Virus record (IMG/VR): IMGVR_UViG_3300028025_002044
Location: 1-64,000 of that record
Length of the DNA: 64,000 nucleotides
Reading direction: 5' to 3' (one strand)
DNA from: a virus
Below, one piece after another: positions 18,281 to 28,373 of this stretch; positions within the stretch are counted from its first letter, which is position 1, and the number at the start of each line of letters is the position of its first letter. The translations under genes and the position numbers were made by a program. Under the pieces are notes generated by a model. The model saw nothing but the letters and a program-made list of their open reading frames with translations, was not told where the DNA came from and made no database searches.

Positions 18281-20358
18281 TATGTCCAGTTTCCTTGTCC
18301 ATCAGAAGTCTTGGGCGTAATAGCCACCCAGCTACTACCATTATAAACCTTTACAGCAGTAACGTTATTGTCCCAAGTGCCATTTAGGAATACCTTGGTC
18401 TTATTGGAGATAGGGGTTGGCGCAGGAGGGGGAGACGGATTGCTCATTACTAGGAAGAAAACGTCGCTTCCGGCTACAGGAGCTCCAGACCTTTTAAATC
18501 CTTCAACGTAAAGCGATAGGGTGTAAGTTGCACCAGGGGTAAGACCAGTGACAACCTCGGACCCACTCAAATTGCCTGACGATATAATATTGTCTGTAGA
18601 AGATACTTCAGCATACAGATTATATAAAGTCGCTCCGTTAATGACGGTGCTCCAATTTATAGTGGCCTCTGTACCGGCTGGATTTGAAATTGCAGAAATG
18701 CTTGGAACAATAACTGAAACGTTTGCATTGGTAGCAAGAGTTGTAGCCGATGTAGTGACGGTAGACGAGGTGTTAGGAGATGTAGTCTTTGCATTTTGAG
18801 CATACAAACTATATGTGTAGCTAGTGTTCGCAGACAGCCCAGTCACAGTTGCATAATTATTGATGGTAGGAGAGTATGAAATTGTGCCAGGTCCGGATAT
18901 ATAATAATTTACTGGTGGATATCCGCCGGCATCAGATGCAGACCAAGAGAGTGCTAAGGATGAAGTGCTTAGAGCTCTAGCACTAAAATCTAGAGGAGTC
19001 GTAGGAGCACCGGCTGCAGTACCACTGAGGGTTAGAGTAACCTCATCTGAACCAAAAATTCCATTGCCGTTGTAAGTACCATAAACGTCTATTCGCCAAG
19101 TATATGTAGCGCCAGGAGATAGATTATATACGCCGGCGGAGCCGCTCAAGCCATTAGCATTTAAGTTTGGGCCGTACACTTCGGCAAAAGCAATAGATAT
19201 GCCAGAGCTTACGACGGTACTCCATGAAATATCAACGGCATTTCCGATAATTGTACTTTCAACAGCAGTAATTGTTGGCACAATAGTTTTAATTTCGGCA
19301 GCTGTAGTGAAACTAGTGCTTACAGTGGCGGACTCATTGCCATTTAAGGTAGCGTATATGCCATAAAAATATTCAGTAGACGGAGACAAATTAGTTATAT
19401 TGGCGTAATTATTTCCAGGAGTGTACGATATGTCTCCCCCGCTACCGTAGACGGTATAAGAAACTCCAGGAGTAGTAGACGGTGTCCACGTAAGTCTAGC
19501 GGAGGTGTCTGTTAAGTAGGCCGGGTCCGATTGAAAATTAGTTGGAGCCGCTATTGCGGGGGTGGACGCGGTCCCTGTGTAGGTTACTTCAGCTTTGTTA
19601 TTAGCTAAAACTAAAGTGTAAGTGTAGGCAGTACCCGGAGACAACACAGAGTCGGTGTTATAATTAAATTCTTCTCCAACTCCGGCAGGAAAAGACCCGG
19701 TAGCTATCGAGCTTGGGACCCCGGTGCCGGAGAGCGTGTAGTACGTCCTCCCCACATAGGTTCCGGAGCCCGCAAACACGCCGTAGTAAAGATTTAAACT
19801 GGTAAGAGAGTTTGCAACCTGACTTACAGATATAAATCCAGACGGGTTGGTCCCGGTACCAGGGTTGCCATCTAAATCGTAGTCGCTAGCAGAAACAGTT
19901 CCACCATTATTAGATGCAGTTACAGTAAATAAATACCTAAAATTCGAAGGCGTGACTGCCGCAGAAATAGTCACACTTCCAGTGGAAGACCCAGCAGACA
20001 GCGAACCGCTAGCAATTGTAGAGCCTCCATCCCTGGCAACCGACCAAGAAGTAGTGCCTCCATCAGACGAAGCAGTCACACTGTAAGTAACAGACACTGC
20101 ATACGGTGTAGACCTAGTAGCGGTTATAGATACGGTGGGCGGAGACACGGGGGGCGTGTACTGATAAAAAGTTACCGTAACTACAGTGCCCAACGGTTGA
20201 GATGTTCCTGCCCCCGGGCTTTGAGACTTAGCGGTGCCGTCGTTTCCGGCAGTAGCTCCTACTCCAGTATAAGCAGCAGAAAAACCAAAACCGTTATTGT
20301 CTAGTATTTCTGCAGCACTAGCAACGGTTTCGCCAATTACACTCGGGACGAAAGCCAT
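18280..20358 (-). CDS. minor tail/fibre protein with N-terminal PASTA domain and fibronectin type III repeats
   Basis: VPSVIG...AAEIL...SQSPGAG...VTV (PASTA); repeated LSPxTxYxY / APTN...LTW (FN3); C-terminal KVYNGSSW. Confidence 0.75.
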   Translation of the reverse strand: MAFVPSVIGETVASAAEILDNNGFGFSAAYTGVGATAGNDGTAKSQSPGAGTSQPLGTVVTVTFYQYTPPVSPPTVSITATRSTPYAVSVTYSVTASSDGGTTSWSVARDGGSTIASGSLSAGSSTGSVTISAAVTPSNFRYLFTVTASNNGGTVSASDYDLDGNPGTGTNPSGFISVSQVANSLTSLNLYYGVFAGSGTYVGRTYYTLSGTGVPSSIATGSFPAGVGEEFNYNTDSVLSPGTAYTYTLVLANNKAEVTYTGTASTPAIAAPTNFQSDPAYLTDTSARLTWTPSTTPGVSYTVYGSGGDISYTPGNNYANITNLSPSTEYFYGIYATLNGNESATVSTSFTTAAEIKTIVPTITAVESTIIGNAVDISWSTVVSSGISIAFAEVYGPNLNANGLSGSAGVYNLSPGATYTWRIDVYGTYNGNGIFGSDEVTLTLSGTAAGAPTTPLDFSARALSTSSLALSWSASDAGGYPPVNYYISGPGTISYSPTINNYATVTGLSANTSYTYSLYAQNAKTTSPNTSSTVTTSATTLATNANVSVIVPSISAISNPAGTEATINWSTVINGATLYNLYAEVSSTDNIISSGNLSGSEVVTGLTPGATYTLSLYVEGFKRSGAPVAGSDVFFLVMSNPSPPPAPTPISNKTKVFLNGTWDNNVTAVKVYNGSSWVAITPKTSDGQGNWT

Positions 20359-20360
20359 GA

Positions 20361-23048
20361 TTAAATCTGAATCCAGATATCCCCGGTAGTACCGCTGCTA
20401 GGAGTGGTATTACTGACGTATATCTTTTTAGGAGCACTCTTGTCTGAAGTTAGGCCACCGGCTAGATAGTAAACCTGCTGACTGTCTTTAACATACTTAG
20501 TAGTGGCAGCATAAGTGTTAAACTCAACCTCAGGACTTTCTAATGAATTGTCTAGAGTCGGTTGCGGAATCATGACTTTAGTTCCGGTAGAAGTAAATTT
20601 GCCGGTAATACTCATATTTCCATAAAGATTTACTTCTAAAGACCTATTGTTTCTATTGCTAAAAATAATATTGTCTGCGCTAAGCCACGCTTGAGCGCCT
20701 TTATTTGTGTCAGTATCTTCATAAGAGTCTAGAGCTAGTGAAGCAGATTGAGTACTGACGTGTGCTCCGCTAGCATTGTAGTAAGCAATATCGCTGCTAA
20801 TTTGATATGAAGTGTGCTTAGAGTTTAAAACCGCTACCGAATAGCTTTGTAAATTTGCATCATAATTAGGATAGTCTCCTGTAGTTATGTTAGAAGGTCT
20901 CACGTAGCTACCGCTGGATGAAAAGAAATAGCTAGCCGTAGAGTCTTGATGAAGTTCTTGCCAAACCACCTGCTCGGTTTCGACTAAAGCAGTACTAAAA
21001 ACTCCAGGGTTACTGTCTAGGTCTCCGCTAAAAGTAGGACTCTTAAACTCAATAATATCCGTGTACTTATAGTTGGCAGTCTGAGTCTCTAAATCTATGT
21101 TTACCCATTGCTTTGTAGATTGGACTGAAGGAGTGTTAGGTATAGCAGTAGAGTCATACCAAGAATATGCAGAAGACCCGGAGTTAGCAAAAAAGAATCT
21201 TTTTTCTGTAGACAATGCCACATTGTCCAATACTAAAGACCCGCTAGACACGTTTGCGTGAGTAGTTCCACCGACTTGAAAAGAAGTTACCTTGGCAGGG
21301 AATACAATTTTAAAATTGGATTGATTAGCAAGTCCGGTTGGATTAGCCTGTCTATACTTATCGTACAATTTTGCCAGACTAATAGTTATTTCTGCATTAA
21401 ATCTTGTAGGAATGGTGGCCGCTCTATCTACAGACCCGAGAGCAGGAAGCTTAGAGCATAGAATCTGCTCATCTTCATAATCATTCACTATAGCTGCGTT
21501 TAACTCAGAGTTTGTCAAAGAAAAATATTTGTAGGTGTCGGAGAGAAGAGCCCACTCCGGAGTGGCAACATCGTCTATGTACACTGGAGAGCTAGAGTTT
21601 CCGAAATCTAAATAGATAGCCTTTGCGTTAAACTCTGGTATGTCGAGTTTTGCAACTCTGACTTGTTCACGGTCAGAAGTTCCTATGTAGTTTTGGGTTT
21701 CTCCGCTAGCCCTATTGAACGTATTGAGAATTCTAAAGACCGTGTTCGACACAACCGAAGATACCTGAACTATTGCAGAGCCACCGCCAGGGAAAATTTG
21801 CTCCGGGGTATCGCTTCCAGCAGACCCAAAAAATGTCTCGTAAATATAATCATTAGCAGTTAGCCCGTGAGCAGTGTTAGTAGTTACGGTAATCACACTG
21901 ACGTTACTAATAACATTTTCCACATAACTGTCAACAAGCACCGAAGGTGCTTGATGGAATGGCGCAGAAAAAACATCAAAGTGTAGGTAAATAGTTGGGT
22001 CTGATGAGACCAAAGAATTTAGTAAAGAGTAGTTAACTTCTACAGAAAAATTTGAGTTTGCTGGAATGCTAGTCCATCCAACTTCAAGACCGTACTCGCT
22101 ATTATTTTCATACAAGCCGTGTACAGATGCATTTACGTTTGAAAATTGCACAGCCTGGAATGTTACAATACTTGTAGTATTTACCCTGGCCCAGCTGCTA
22201 ACAGAAGAAATCGTGTTGCCAGAAGAGTTAACGTACTCAAGGCTAGGATTTAAAACTAAATTATACGTTTGAGCAGACACATAAGAAACGCCTTCATTTG
22301 AGAAATATCCATAATCAAATAAAGTTTTACCGTAATCTTGTAGGTATATGCCAGAAACATCTTTGTTACTTAGCGATGCAGTTCCAGTGTAATCTTGCCC
22401 GGTCACCTCCGGAACGTCGTCTCCAAAACTTATATATCTAAAATAGTTGTACCCTACCTCAATAATTTCAGCAGTTGAGCTTCCTGTAGATAGAGTAGTA
22501 TCCGACGGAAGATCTACAGATACCAAGTCTCCCACTTTAAATCTATGTCCAGTAGATATAGCAGTGACCACATTTTCCAAACGAGAGATACTCACAATTG
22601 GTACAGGCAAATCAATGTAAGATTTGTAGAGACCGACATAAGTACCGGATTCTTTATCCTTGTCGTTAGAGCCCAAGTCCGAACTTTCTAAGAATGTTCC
22701 GTACAAATCCCTATTGCCAATTTTTCTGATTACATCTGGGCTGCTGATGTTCCAGTAGCCAATAGTTCCAGAAGAAGCGTTTATATCTCCTCGAACAAAA
22801 ACGTCCGAGAACTCAGCTACACCGCTGCCATCAATTTTCCAGCCGGCAATACCCTCGACATAAGAAGCACTTTCAATTGACTTGTTATCAAGTACAAGAG
22901 CATCGCCAAGCGCATTAGACTCTACAGACTGGGTACCCAATGTAGTAGGAGTGGTGGTTGTGTTATTTTTCAGGTCTTGCATGTCCTGATTTAGGGCAGC
23001 AAGATATGAGCTAAAACTTTTAGTTCTTCTTAAACGTTTACTCGCCAA
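20361..23048 (-). CDS. minor tail protein (central fibre/tip)
   Basis: GWKIDGSGVAEFSDVFVRG tail-tip motif; C-terminal PSSGTTGDIWIQ; position in the tail module. Confidence 0.75.
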   Translation of the reverse strand: MASKRLRRTKSFSSYLAALNQDMQDLKNNTTTTPTTLGTQSVESNALGDALVLDNKSIESASYVEGIAGWKIDGSGVAEFSDVFVRGDINASSGTIGYWNISSPDVIRKIGNRDLYGTFLESSDLGSNDKDKESGTYVGLYKSYIDLPVPIVSISRLENVVTAISTGHRFKVGDLVSVDLPSDTTLSTGSSTAEIIEVGYNYFRYISFGDDVPEVTGQDYTGTASLSNKDVSGIYLQDYGKTLFDYGYFSNEGVSYVSAQTYNLVLNPSLEYVNSSGNTISSVSSWARVNTTSIVTFQAVQFSNVNASVHGLYENNSEYGLEVGWTSIPANSNFSVEVNYSLLNSLVSSDPTIYLHFDVFSAPFHQAPSVLVDSYVENVISNVSVITVTTNTAHGLTANDYIYETFFGSAGSDTPEQIFPGGGSAIVQVSSVVSNTVFRILNTFNRASGETQNYIGTSDREQVRVAKLDIPEFNAKAIYLDFGNSSSPVYIDDVATPEWALLSDTYKYFSLTNSELNAAIVNDYEDEQILCSKLPALGSVDRAATIPTRFNAEITISLAKLYDKYRQANPTGLANQSNFKIVFPAKVTSFQVGGTTHANVSSGSLVLDNVALSTEKRFFFANSGSSAYSWYDSTAIPNTPSVQSTKQWVNIDLETQTANYKYTDIIEFKSPTFSGDLDSNPGVFSTALVETEQVVWQELHQDSTASYFFSSSGSYVRPSNITTGDYPNYDANLQSYSVAVLNSKHTSYQISSDIAYYNASGAHVSTQSASLALDSYEDTDTNKGAQAWLSADNIIFSNRNNRSLEVNLYGNMSITGKFTSTGTKVMIPQPTLDNSLESPEVEFNTYAATTKYVKDSQQVYYLAGGLTSDKSAPKKIYVSNTTPSSGTTGDIWIQI

Positions 23049-26000
23049 CTTTGTCGACCTGCCAATCTGTGACTAGAGTTAAGTCTACCTGCTCAGGGAA
23101 AGCCGGATTATTAGGAACGGACACCGAAATCGTATCAATCTTTCTAACAATGACATTTTTTCTAAGCTCTAAAGCACTGGCCAAGCGAGACTTAACAAAG
23201 GCGTCGTTAATATTTAGCGAACACCAGTCTCCAGGGTTAAACGTACCAACGGTAGGGTTCATCGAACCGTTGACCGAAATTGTAAAGTCACCAATAGGAG
23301 GTTTGCTTTCGTACAAGAATCGCTTAGCAGTTTTGTAGAGGTCAATTTCAATGTCGTAGTTTCCCCAGTTGTCAACATTGATGGCACCTTCTTTAGTCAA
23401 TAGCGGCCAAGATTGATTCTCTGCTCGGTCCAGCACAGGCCATCCAGCAGCAAGAAGGTCGGTTGCCGAAGCCGCGGAATATCTTACGTTACCCTCCCCA
23501 GCGTCGCCATTAGAGCTTCCTGTAATAAATACACGAGTAGCCGAAGACTCGGAGTTTTCAGCAACACTGACGTTAGAGATATTTCCCGGGTATTCGAAGA
23601 CAATTTTGTCTGCGCCAAATGCTACAGGGTCAGCCACCTGACCTGGAGCTAGACCTAAACCAACTTCTAATGTCAACGGGTCTTGCCTAGAGTAGTTTAG
23701 GTTTTCTAAATATTCAGTAAACGTAGCCGGCAAGATAGGAACTAAAGTAAAAATTCTTTTGAATCTATAGTTATTAGTTGTAGAGTCTCTCTCTAGCCTG
23801 CAATCAATACGATAATCAAACCCATTGATAGAGCTAGAGTATTGCTCCAAAAGACCGCCCAGATTTACAAGCTGACTTCCTCGGATAATTTGGCTTGCTT
23901 GTTTGTATGTGCTGTAGTTATCTGTAGAAAATTCCATACCGCCCATGTCAGCGTTTCTAGGGAATCCTCCATAAGATTTTTTAAAGGCTATAGCTTGCTT
24001 AGAAGCAGTAGGGGCTACAGTTACGGTCCCACCATTAGCTCCCACAGCGGACTCACCGCCGGTTGCAAACTCGACCGACCCGTACTGAGATAAAGTCAGT
24101 GGGAGGCGTCTATCTGCCAGACCGGTGGTCTCTATTACAATTTTGTCAGCAGAAGCACTGAGCACAGCAAACGAATTCCCATTAAAAGCAGTGCCATAGA
24201 CTCCACTAGGAAAATCGCTCAGAGCGACTGTATCACCGGAAGCAAACCTATGCGGTTGATTGTAGGCAGTATACAAGGTAGCTTTATTTTTAGATACACT
24301 AACTCTGTCAATGTTGGTTACAGGGTAGAAATCATAAGTAAATGTGTCTGCAGTTGCGTCTAAAATTACTACAGGTCTGTTGCCTTGATTAAACACCGAG
24401 CTAGTTCCGCCATAAGCGTTTATGTAGACAATATCGTTATCCTCCAGGCCGTGTCCAGGAGCCGTTACCGCCGCTGATGAACCACCAGGAAGTCTAGAGA
24501 TAGAGGTTATACGCTTTATATTTGCAGGAGATAGCCTACGATAATCTCTGTAGGCCAACATTCCCGTAACATCAACAAACTTATTAACCACTGCTGCACT
24601 AAGCTCATCTACAGATAACTGCTTATTAACAGAATAACCTCCATACCCAGTAGCTGCTCTAGACAACGGATTAGAAATAGTAAATGTTGTTTCGGTAACA
24701 GACAATACTCGATGAGTGGTGTTTACCATGCTTAGGGGTATATAAGATCCATAGTTGCTGTCGTAATATCCACTCAGTCCAGATATGGACACCGAGTCAC
24801 CTGCCACAAAACCGTGAGGAGTGGTATTCGCTATAGATTTTATCTTACCAGCAAAGGTTACGGTTCCAGTCCCCGGGCTGCCGCTCAACTGCTCCTTAGC
24901 CGTGTTTAGTGCGCTAGCTTGGACATAAAATTTAGCTGGTAGAGACGAACCTAGAGTGTCAAAAACGGTATAGCTACCATTTAAAAGAGCGTAGTTTGGA
25001 GTTAGCTGAGGGGCTATGCCGGTAAAAGCAGGGATAGATACGGAACCACTAGCTACGTCTCCTGTCGCTACATACCAATCAGATATAGAGCTTCCATTAG
25101 TGGCCTGTACTGTTAGGCTTGTGCCACTAGGTATGTCTATTATTCTGTACGATCTGTTGTAGATACTTAGATTCATTTTTTGTGGTCTAAGCCTAGTTAC
25201 GGTTGCATACGCAAAAGTACTTTTAGTGGGCTGATTAGGAGCTGTCCTACTGTATCTAAATGACGTGACCGTTGGGATGGCAGTAATAGTGTATGTTCCA
25301 TTATACGGATAGACTCCATCTATGACCACAACGTCGCCAGCCACAAACCCATGAGGTTCGCTAGTGTACGCAGTCACCGCATTTCCGGACACAAAACCTT
25401 TAACAACAGCCTGCTGAATTACAGTTGACCACACGCTTCTACGCAAAACTGGAGGGAATATTTGAGTGTCATAGTAGGTCCAGTCATTTGAAGAAGATAA
25501 TCCACTAACGGTAATTAGAGTGTTCCAGTATTTATCTATGTCAGCGGCGTTAAGACCGTGGCTGCCGGATAGAGAAAATGTCAGTGTATCAACGCCTCCG
25601 GCACTACCCTGCTGAATGCTGGTTATGGTCCTAGTTTTTGCAGAAATAGTTGCGGGCGATCCGTAAGTAGCAGCCGGGAGAGCCGAAATAGTGACGTTCT
25701 CACCAATTTCTGTATTGTGTGATGCATTTACGGTAATTAGAGCTAAGCTTAAAGTACCGAGTGAATTCTCGACGTTAGTGATGTTTAAAGTTCTCGGGGC
25801 GATGGATACATTAGCAATCCCCCCGGTGGTAATTGTCATCTGACTTCCGTCATCAGATGTGGCAATAGACCTAATGTTTGCAGCTTTTATCGGGGCAACT
25901 TTTCCTAAGGAAATGTATTGAAAAGTATAATCGTCAATCACCGAAACAATTTGAACGGGCTCTCCATTATTAATTAAAGAATTATTTGCAGCATTCGGAG

Positions 26001-28341
26001 CGGATATGACAATGAAGTCGCCTTCAACAAAGGGGTGAGCCAGGTCTGTAACTGCCTCGAGTAAGTTTCCTGCCTTAGTTTGTATATCTTTAATTCCGAC
26101 TGACTCTATTTTAGGCGGGGTAAGTAGAGCACTTTTTCTAGTTAAAGTTCCAGTTTTAGCGGTCCTAGCTATGGTAGAAATCGCACTGCCAGAAGGTATG
26201 TTGAAGGATACGCTATTGCTTTTTCCGTCATCGTCTGCGCCAACTGCAATTACGGTTCTAGTGCCATTAAAGTTTTTACCGGTAGCCTCGTCAGAAAAAG
26301 AAATTCCTATGCCATCGCCAATATTGTATCTATGAGTGTCTACAGTCCAGACAGTTAATTTTCCGTACTTATCTGCCTTCGATGGCTTAATGTATTTTAT
26401 GGCCTCGATGCCGTTGACAGCGTATGGCTCCGGGCTAACGCTAGTCGCACTGCTGTATGCAGCTTGATACTGGAACCACTTGGTTCCATTAACCCTAGCT
26501 GTAGCACCATCCGGGGCATCCACTATAGATGAGCTGGTAGAAAGATAAGGAACGATAAACTCAGCTTTCCAGGGCGCAAATGGCTGACCGGACTGAATGC
26601 CTCCAGTAGTTTGCCAAACTTGATTGTCAAATCGGGGGTCTAGTCCGCTAATCAGAACATCAGCTAAAGGCTCAATGGTTGATATCCCGGGGTCCTCATC
26701 AGTGTCTGGCATTAGAGGAAAGAATAACTCGAGCAAGCCAAATTCTTCGTCTAAACTATTGGTAAGGCGGTAGCCAGAAATTTCGTTTGGGCTTCCATAG
26801 TTAGACTCGTCTACTTTTACATATCCGTTATATAAAGGTTGACGCCAATCCAAATCATCTACACCAGAAACTTTAATGTAGTCGCCCCTACTAAAACCTA
26901 AATCATTTAGAGGCGTTAGGCGCAGTTTAGTCTCGGGGGTTGCCATCTTTACATTTGTAATTTTTTTGTCAGCCGCTGGAACGTTAGACGAGATGTTGTA
27001 TTTAGCATCGTTGTATTTAGTCTCAAGCTCGTTAAAAGTGAGGCTGTTGTTGGTCATGTCAACGCTAGTAATAGTAAAGCCAGTCTCCGCTCCGTAGTTA
27101 AACAGGTCAGTTTCTTTGCCGTCAATAATCTTTTTCCACGGAGCTTTTTTAGGGATAGTAATAATAACTTTTTGGCTTTTAACGTAGTTGTGCGGAGCGT
27201 CTAGAAATAGAGTAACAACTCCCAAAGTTCTAGTAATTCTCTTAATCGACCTAGTCATATTAAAGATTTTTTCTCGGCGTTGAATTAGAGTTTTAGCAGA
27301 AGTTACGTCAGTTGTGGGAATATCAGCCAGAGTGAGTTTAGTTTTTTTGTCATATGAGCTTACGGGATTGTCTAAGGTGATTCTAAACGACCTCTTGCTA
27401 GGCACCTCTGATACCACATGCTCACCGTCTAGCAAAGTGTCAACGTTTGTTATTGTAACTTCTTCGCCCACAATTAGCTCATGGTTAGCCGCTGTAGTGA
27501 AAGTTGCAACACCGTGAGTGCTGTCTGTAGTGTCTAGCTTTTTAGTCTCAATTTTTATAGGAATCTTTACGCCAGGTTCAATAATTTCATTGGCAAAGTC
27601 AATTTCAGAAAAGTCAGAAAATGCTTCAGTTATAAGACTTCTAATGTACTCATAGGTATCGGCCTTGGTTGTAATAGAAACTTCGTAGTATGTTTTGTTG
27701 GTGTTAGTTGCCTGAGGCATTGTGGGAATTCTGACATAAAATGATGAAGTGGTAGGGTCTTCAGGAACTCCCTGAGTTCCGGTGCCTAGGACCTCGTAGT
27801 AGCCGTTGTACTGATACATGGCAGCGTCGGGCATAGTGACGTAAACAGTGTTTCTGACTCCAGCACCGTCTAGCACGTCCAAAGGCTCACGCAAACTTCC
27901 AGAAGTTAGAGACACTTTGAACACTCCCTCGGGAGCATTAGGAGTACTACTCAGGTTTGCACTAAAGCTTCTGGTATTAGTTTTCCAGATTAGCCTGCGA
28001 GAAAGGTAGCTAGTGAACTCCGAAGCCGAGACGGAAAGGCTTCGACCCAGCATGTCATAAGTTCTACCCCAAATAATACCGCCCCAGACGCACTCGTCAT
28101 TACGGACTACGTAGAGCGCAGTCTTTCCAGGCATAGTCGAGTTATATAAATCTAGATTTTCTGTCTCTTGAGACGTAGTAATTTTTCCATCAAAAGCTCC
28201 GGCGGATTTTAAAGAGCGAGAGTAGTTAACGTCCTCGAAAGGAATTTCTCCGATGATCGTGTTAGACACGATGTCAACGGTATAATACTTATACTTGGCA
28301 GCGTTTTCGCCAGCTATAGGCTGAATATTGCTATAGGCCAT
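23038..28341 (-). CDS. minor tail protein (baseplate hub/Tal-like) with about 10 inserted beta modules
   Basis: N-terminal GEIPF...VWGGIIW...ASEFTSYL and C-terminal GFDYRID...EYPGNI hub motifs; follows the distal tail gene. Confidence 0.8.
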   Translation of the reverse strand: MAYSNIQPIAGENAAKYKYYTVDIVSNTIIGEIPFEDVNYSRSLKSAGAFDGKITTSQETENLDLYNSTMPGKTALYVVRNDECVWGGIIWGRTYDMLGRSLSVSASEFTSYLSRRLIWKTNTRSFSANLSSTPNAPEGVFKVSLTSGSLREPLDVLDGAGVRNTVYVTMPDAAMYQYNGYYEVLGTGTQGVPEDPTTSSFYVRIPTMPQATNTNKTYYEVSITTKADTYEYIRSLITEAFSDFSEIDFANEIIEPGVKIPIKIETKKLDTTDSTHGVATFTTAANHELIVGEEVTITNVDTLLDGEHVVSEVPSKRSFRITLDNPVSSYDKKTKLTLADIPTTDVTSAKTLIQRREKIFNMTRSIKRITRTLGVVTLFLDAPHNYVKSQKVIITIPKKAPWKKIIDGKETDLFNYGAETGFTITSVDMTNNSLTFNELETKYNDAKYNISSNVPAADKKITNVKMATPETKLRLTPLNDLGFSRGDYIKVSGVDDLDWRQPLYNGYVKVDESNYGSPNEISGYRLTNSLDEEFGLLELFFPLMPDTDEDPGISTIEPLADVLISGLDPRFDNQVWQTTGGIQSGQPFAPWKAEFIVPYLSTSSSIVDAPDGATARVNGTKWFQYQAAYSSATSVSPEPYAVNGIEAIKYIKPSKADKYGKLTVWTVDTHRYNIGDGIGISFSDEATGKNFNGTRTVIAVGADDDGKSNSVSFNIPSGSAISTIARTAKTGTLTRKSALLTPPKIESVGIKDIQTKAGNLLEAVTDLAHPFVEGDFIVISAPNAANNSLINNGEPVQIVSVIDDYTFQYISLGKVAPIKAANIRSIATSDDGSQMTITTGGIANVSIAPRTLNITNVENSLGTLSLALITVNASHNTEIGENVTISALPAATYGSPATISAKTRTITSIQQGSAGGVDTLTFSLSGSHGLNAADIDKYWNTLITVSGLSSSNDWTYYDTQIFPPVLRRSVWSTVIQQAVVKGFVSGNAVTAYTSEPHGFVAGDVVVIDGVYPYNGTYTITAIPTVTSFRYSRTAPNQPTKSTFAYATVTRLRPQKMNLSIYNRSYRIIDIPSGTSLTVQATNGSSISDWYVATGDVASGSVSIPAFTGIAPQLTPNYALLNGSYTVFDTLGSSLPAKFYVQASALNTAKEQLSGSPGTGTVTFAGKIKSIANTTPHGFVAGDSVSISGLSGYYDSNYGSYIPLSMVNTTHRVLSVTETTFTISNPLSRAATGYGGYSVNKQLSVDELSAAVVNKFVDVTGMLAYRDYRRLSPANIKRITSISRLPGGSSAAVTAPGHGLEDNDIVYINAYGGTSSVFNQGNRPVVILDATADTFTYDFYPVTNIDRVSVSKNKATLYTAYNQPHRFASGDTVALSDFPSGVYGTAFNGNSFAVLSASADKIVIETTGLADRRLPLTLSQYGSVEFATGGESAVGANGGTVTVAPTASKQAIAFKKSYGGFPRNADMGGMEFSTDNYSTYKQASQIIRGSQLVNLGGLLEQYSSSINGFDYRIDCRLERDSTTNNYRFKRIFTLVPILPATFTEYLENLNYSRQDPLTLEVGLGLAPGQVADPVAFGADKIVFEYPGNISNVSVAENSESSATRVFITGSSNGDAGEGNVRYSAASATDLLAAGWPVLDRAENQSWPLLTKEGAINVDNWGNYDIEIDLYKTAKRFLYESKPPIGDFTISVNGSMNPTVGTFNPGDWCSLNINDAFVKSRLASALELRKNVIVRKIDTISVSVPNNPAFPEQVDLTLVTDWQVDKVGE

Positions 28342-28373
28342 GTCATCCTCACGTCAATCGTCTTTGTACTATT

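Noticed and set aside
18280-28341. Diversity-generating retroelement targeting tail fibres
   Set aside because: No reverse transcriptase in the window and no template/variable repeat pair noticed.
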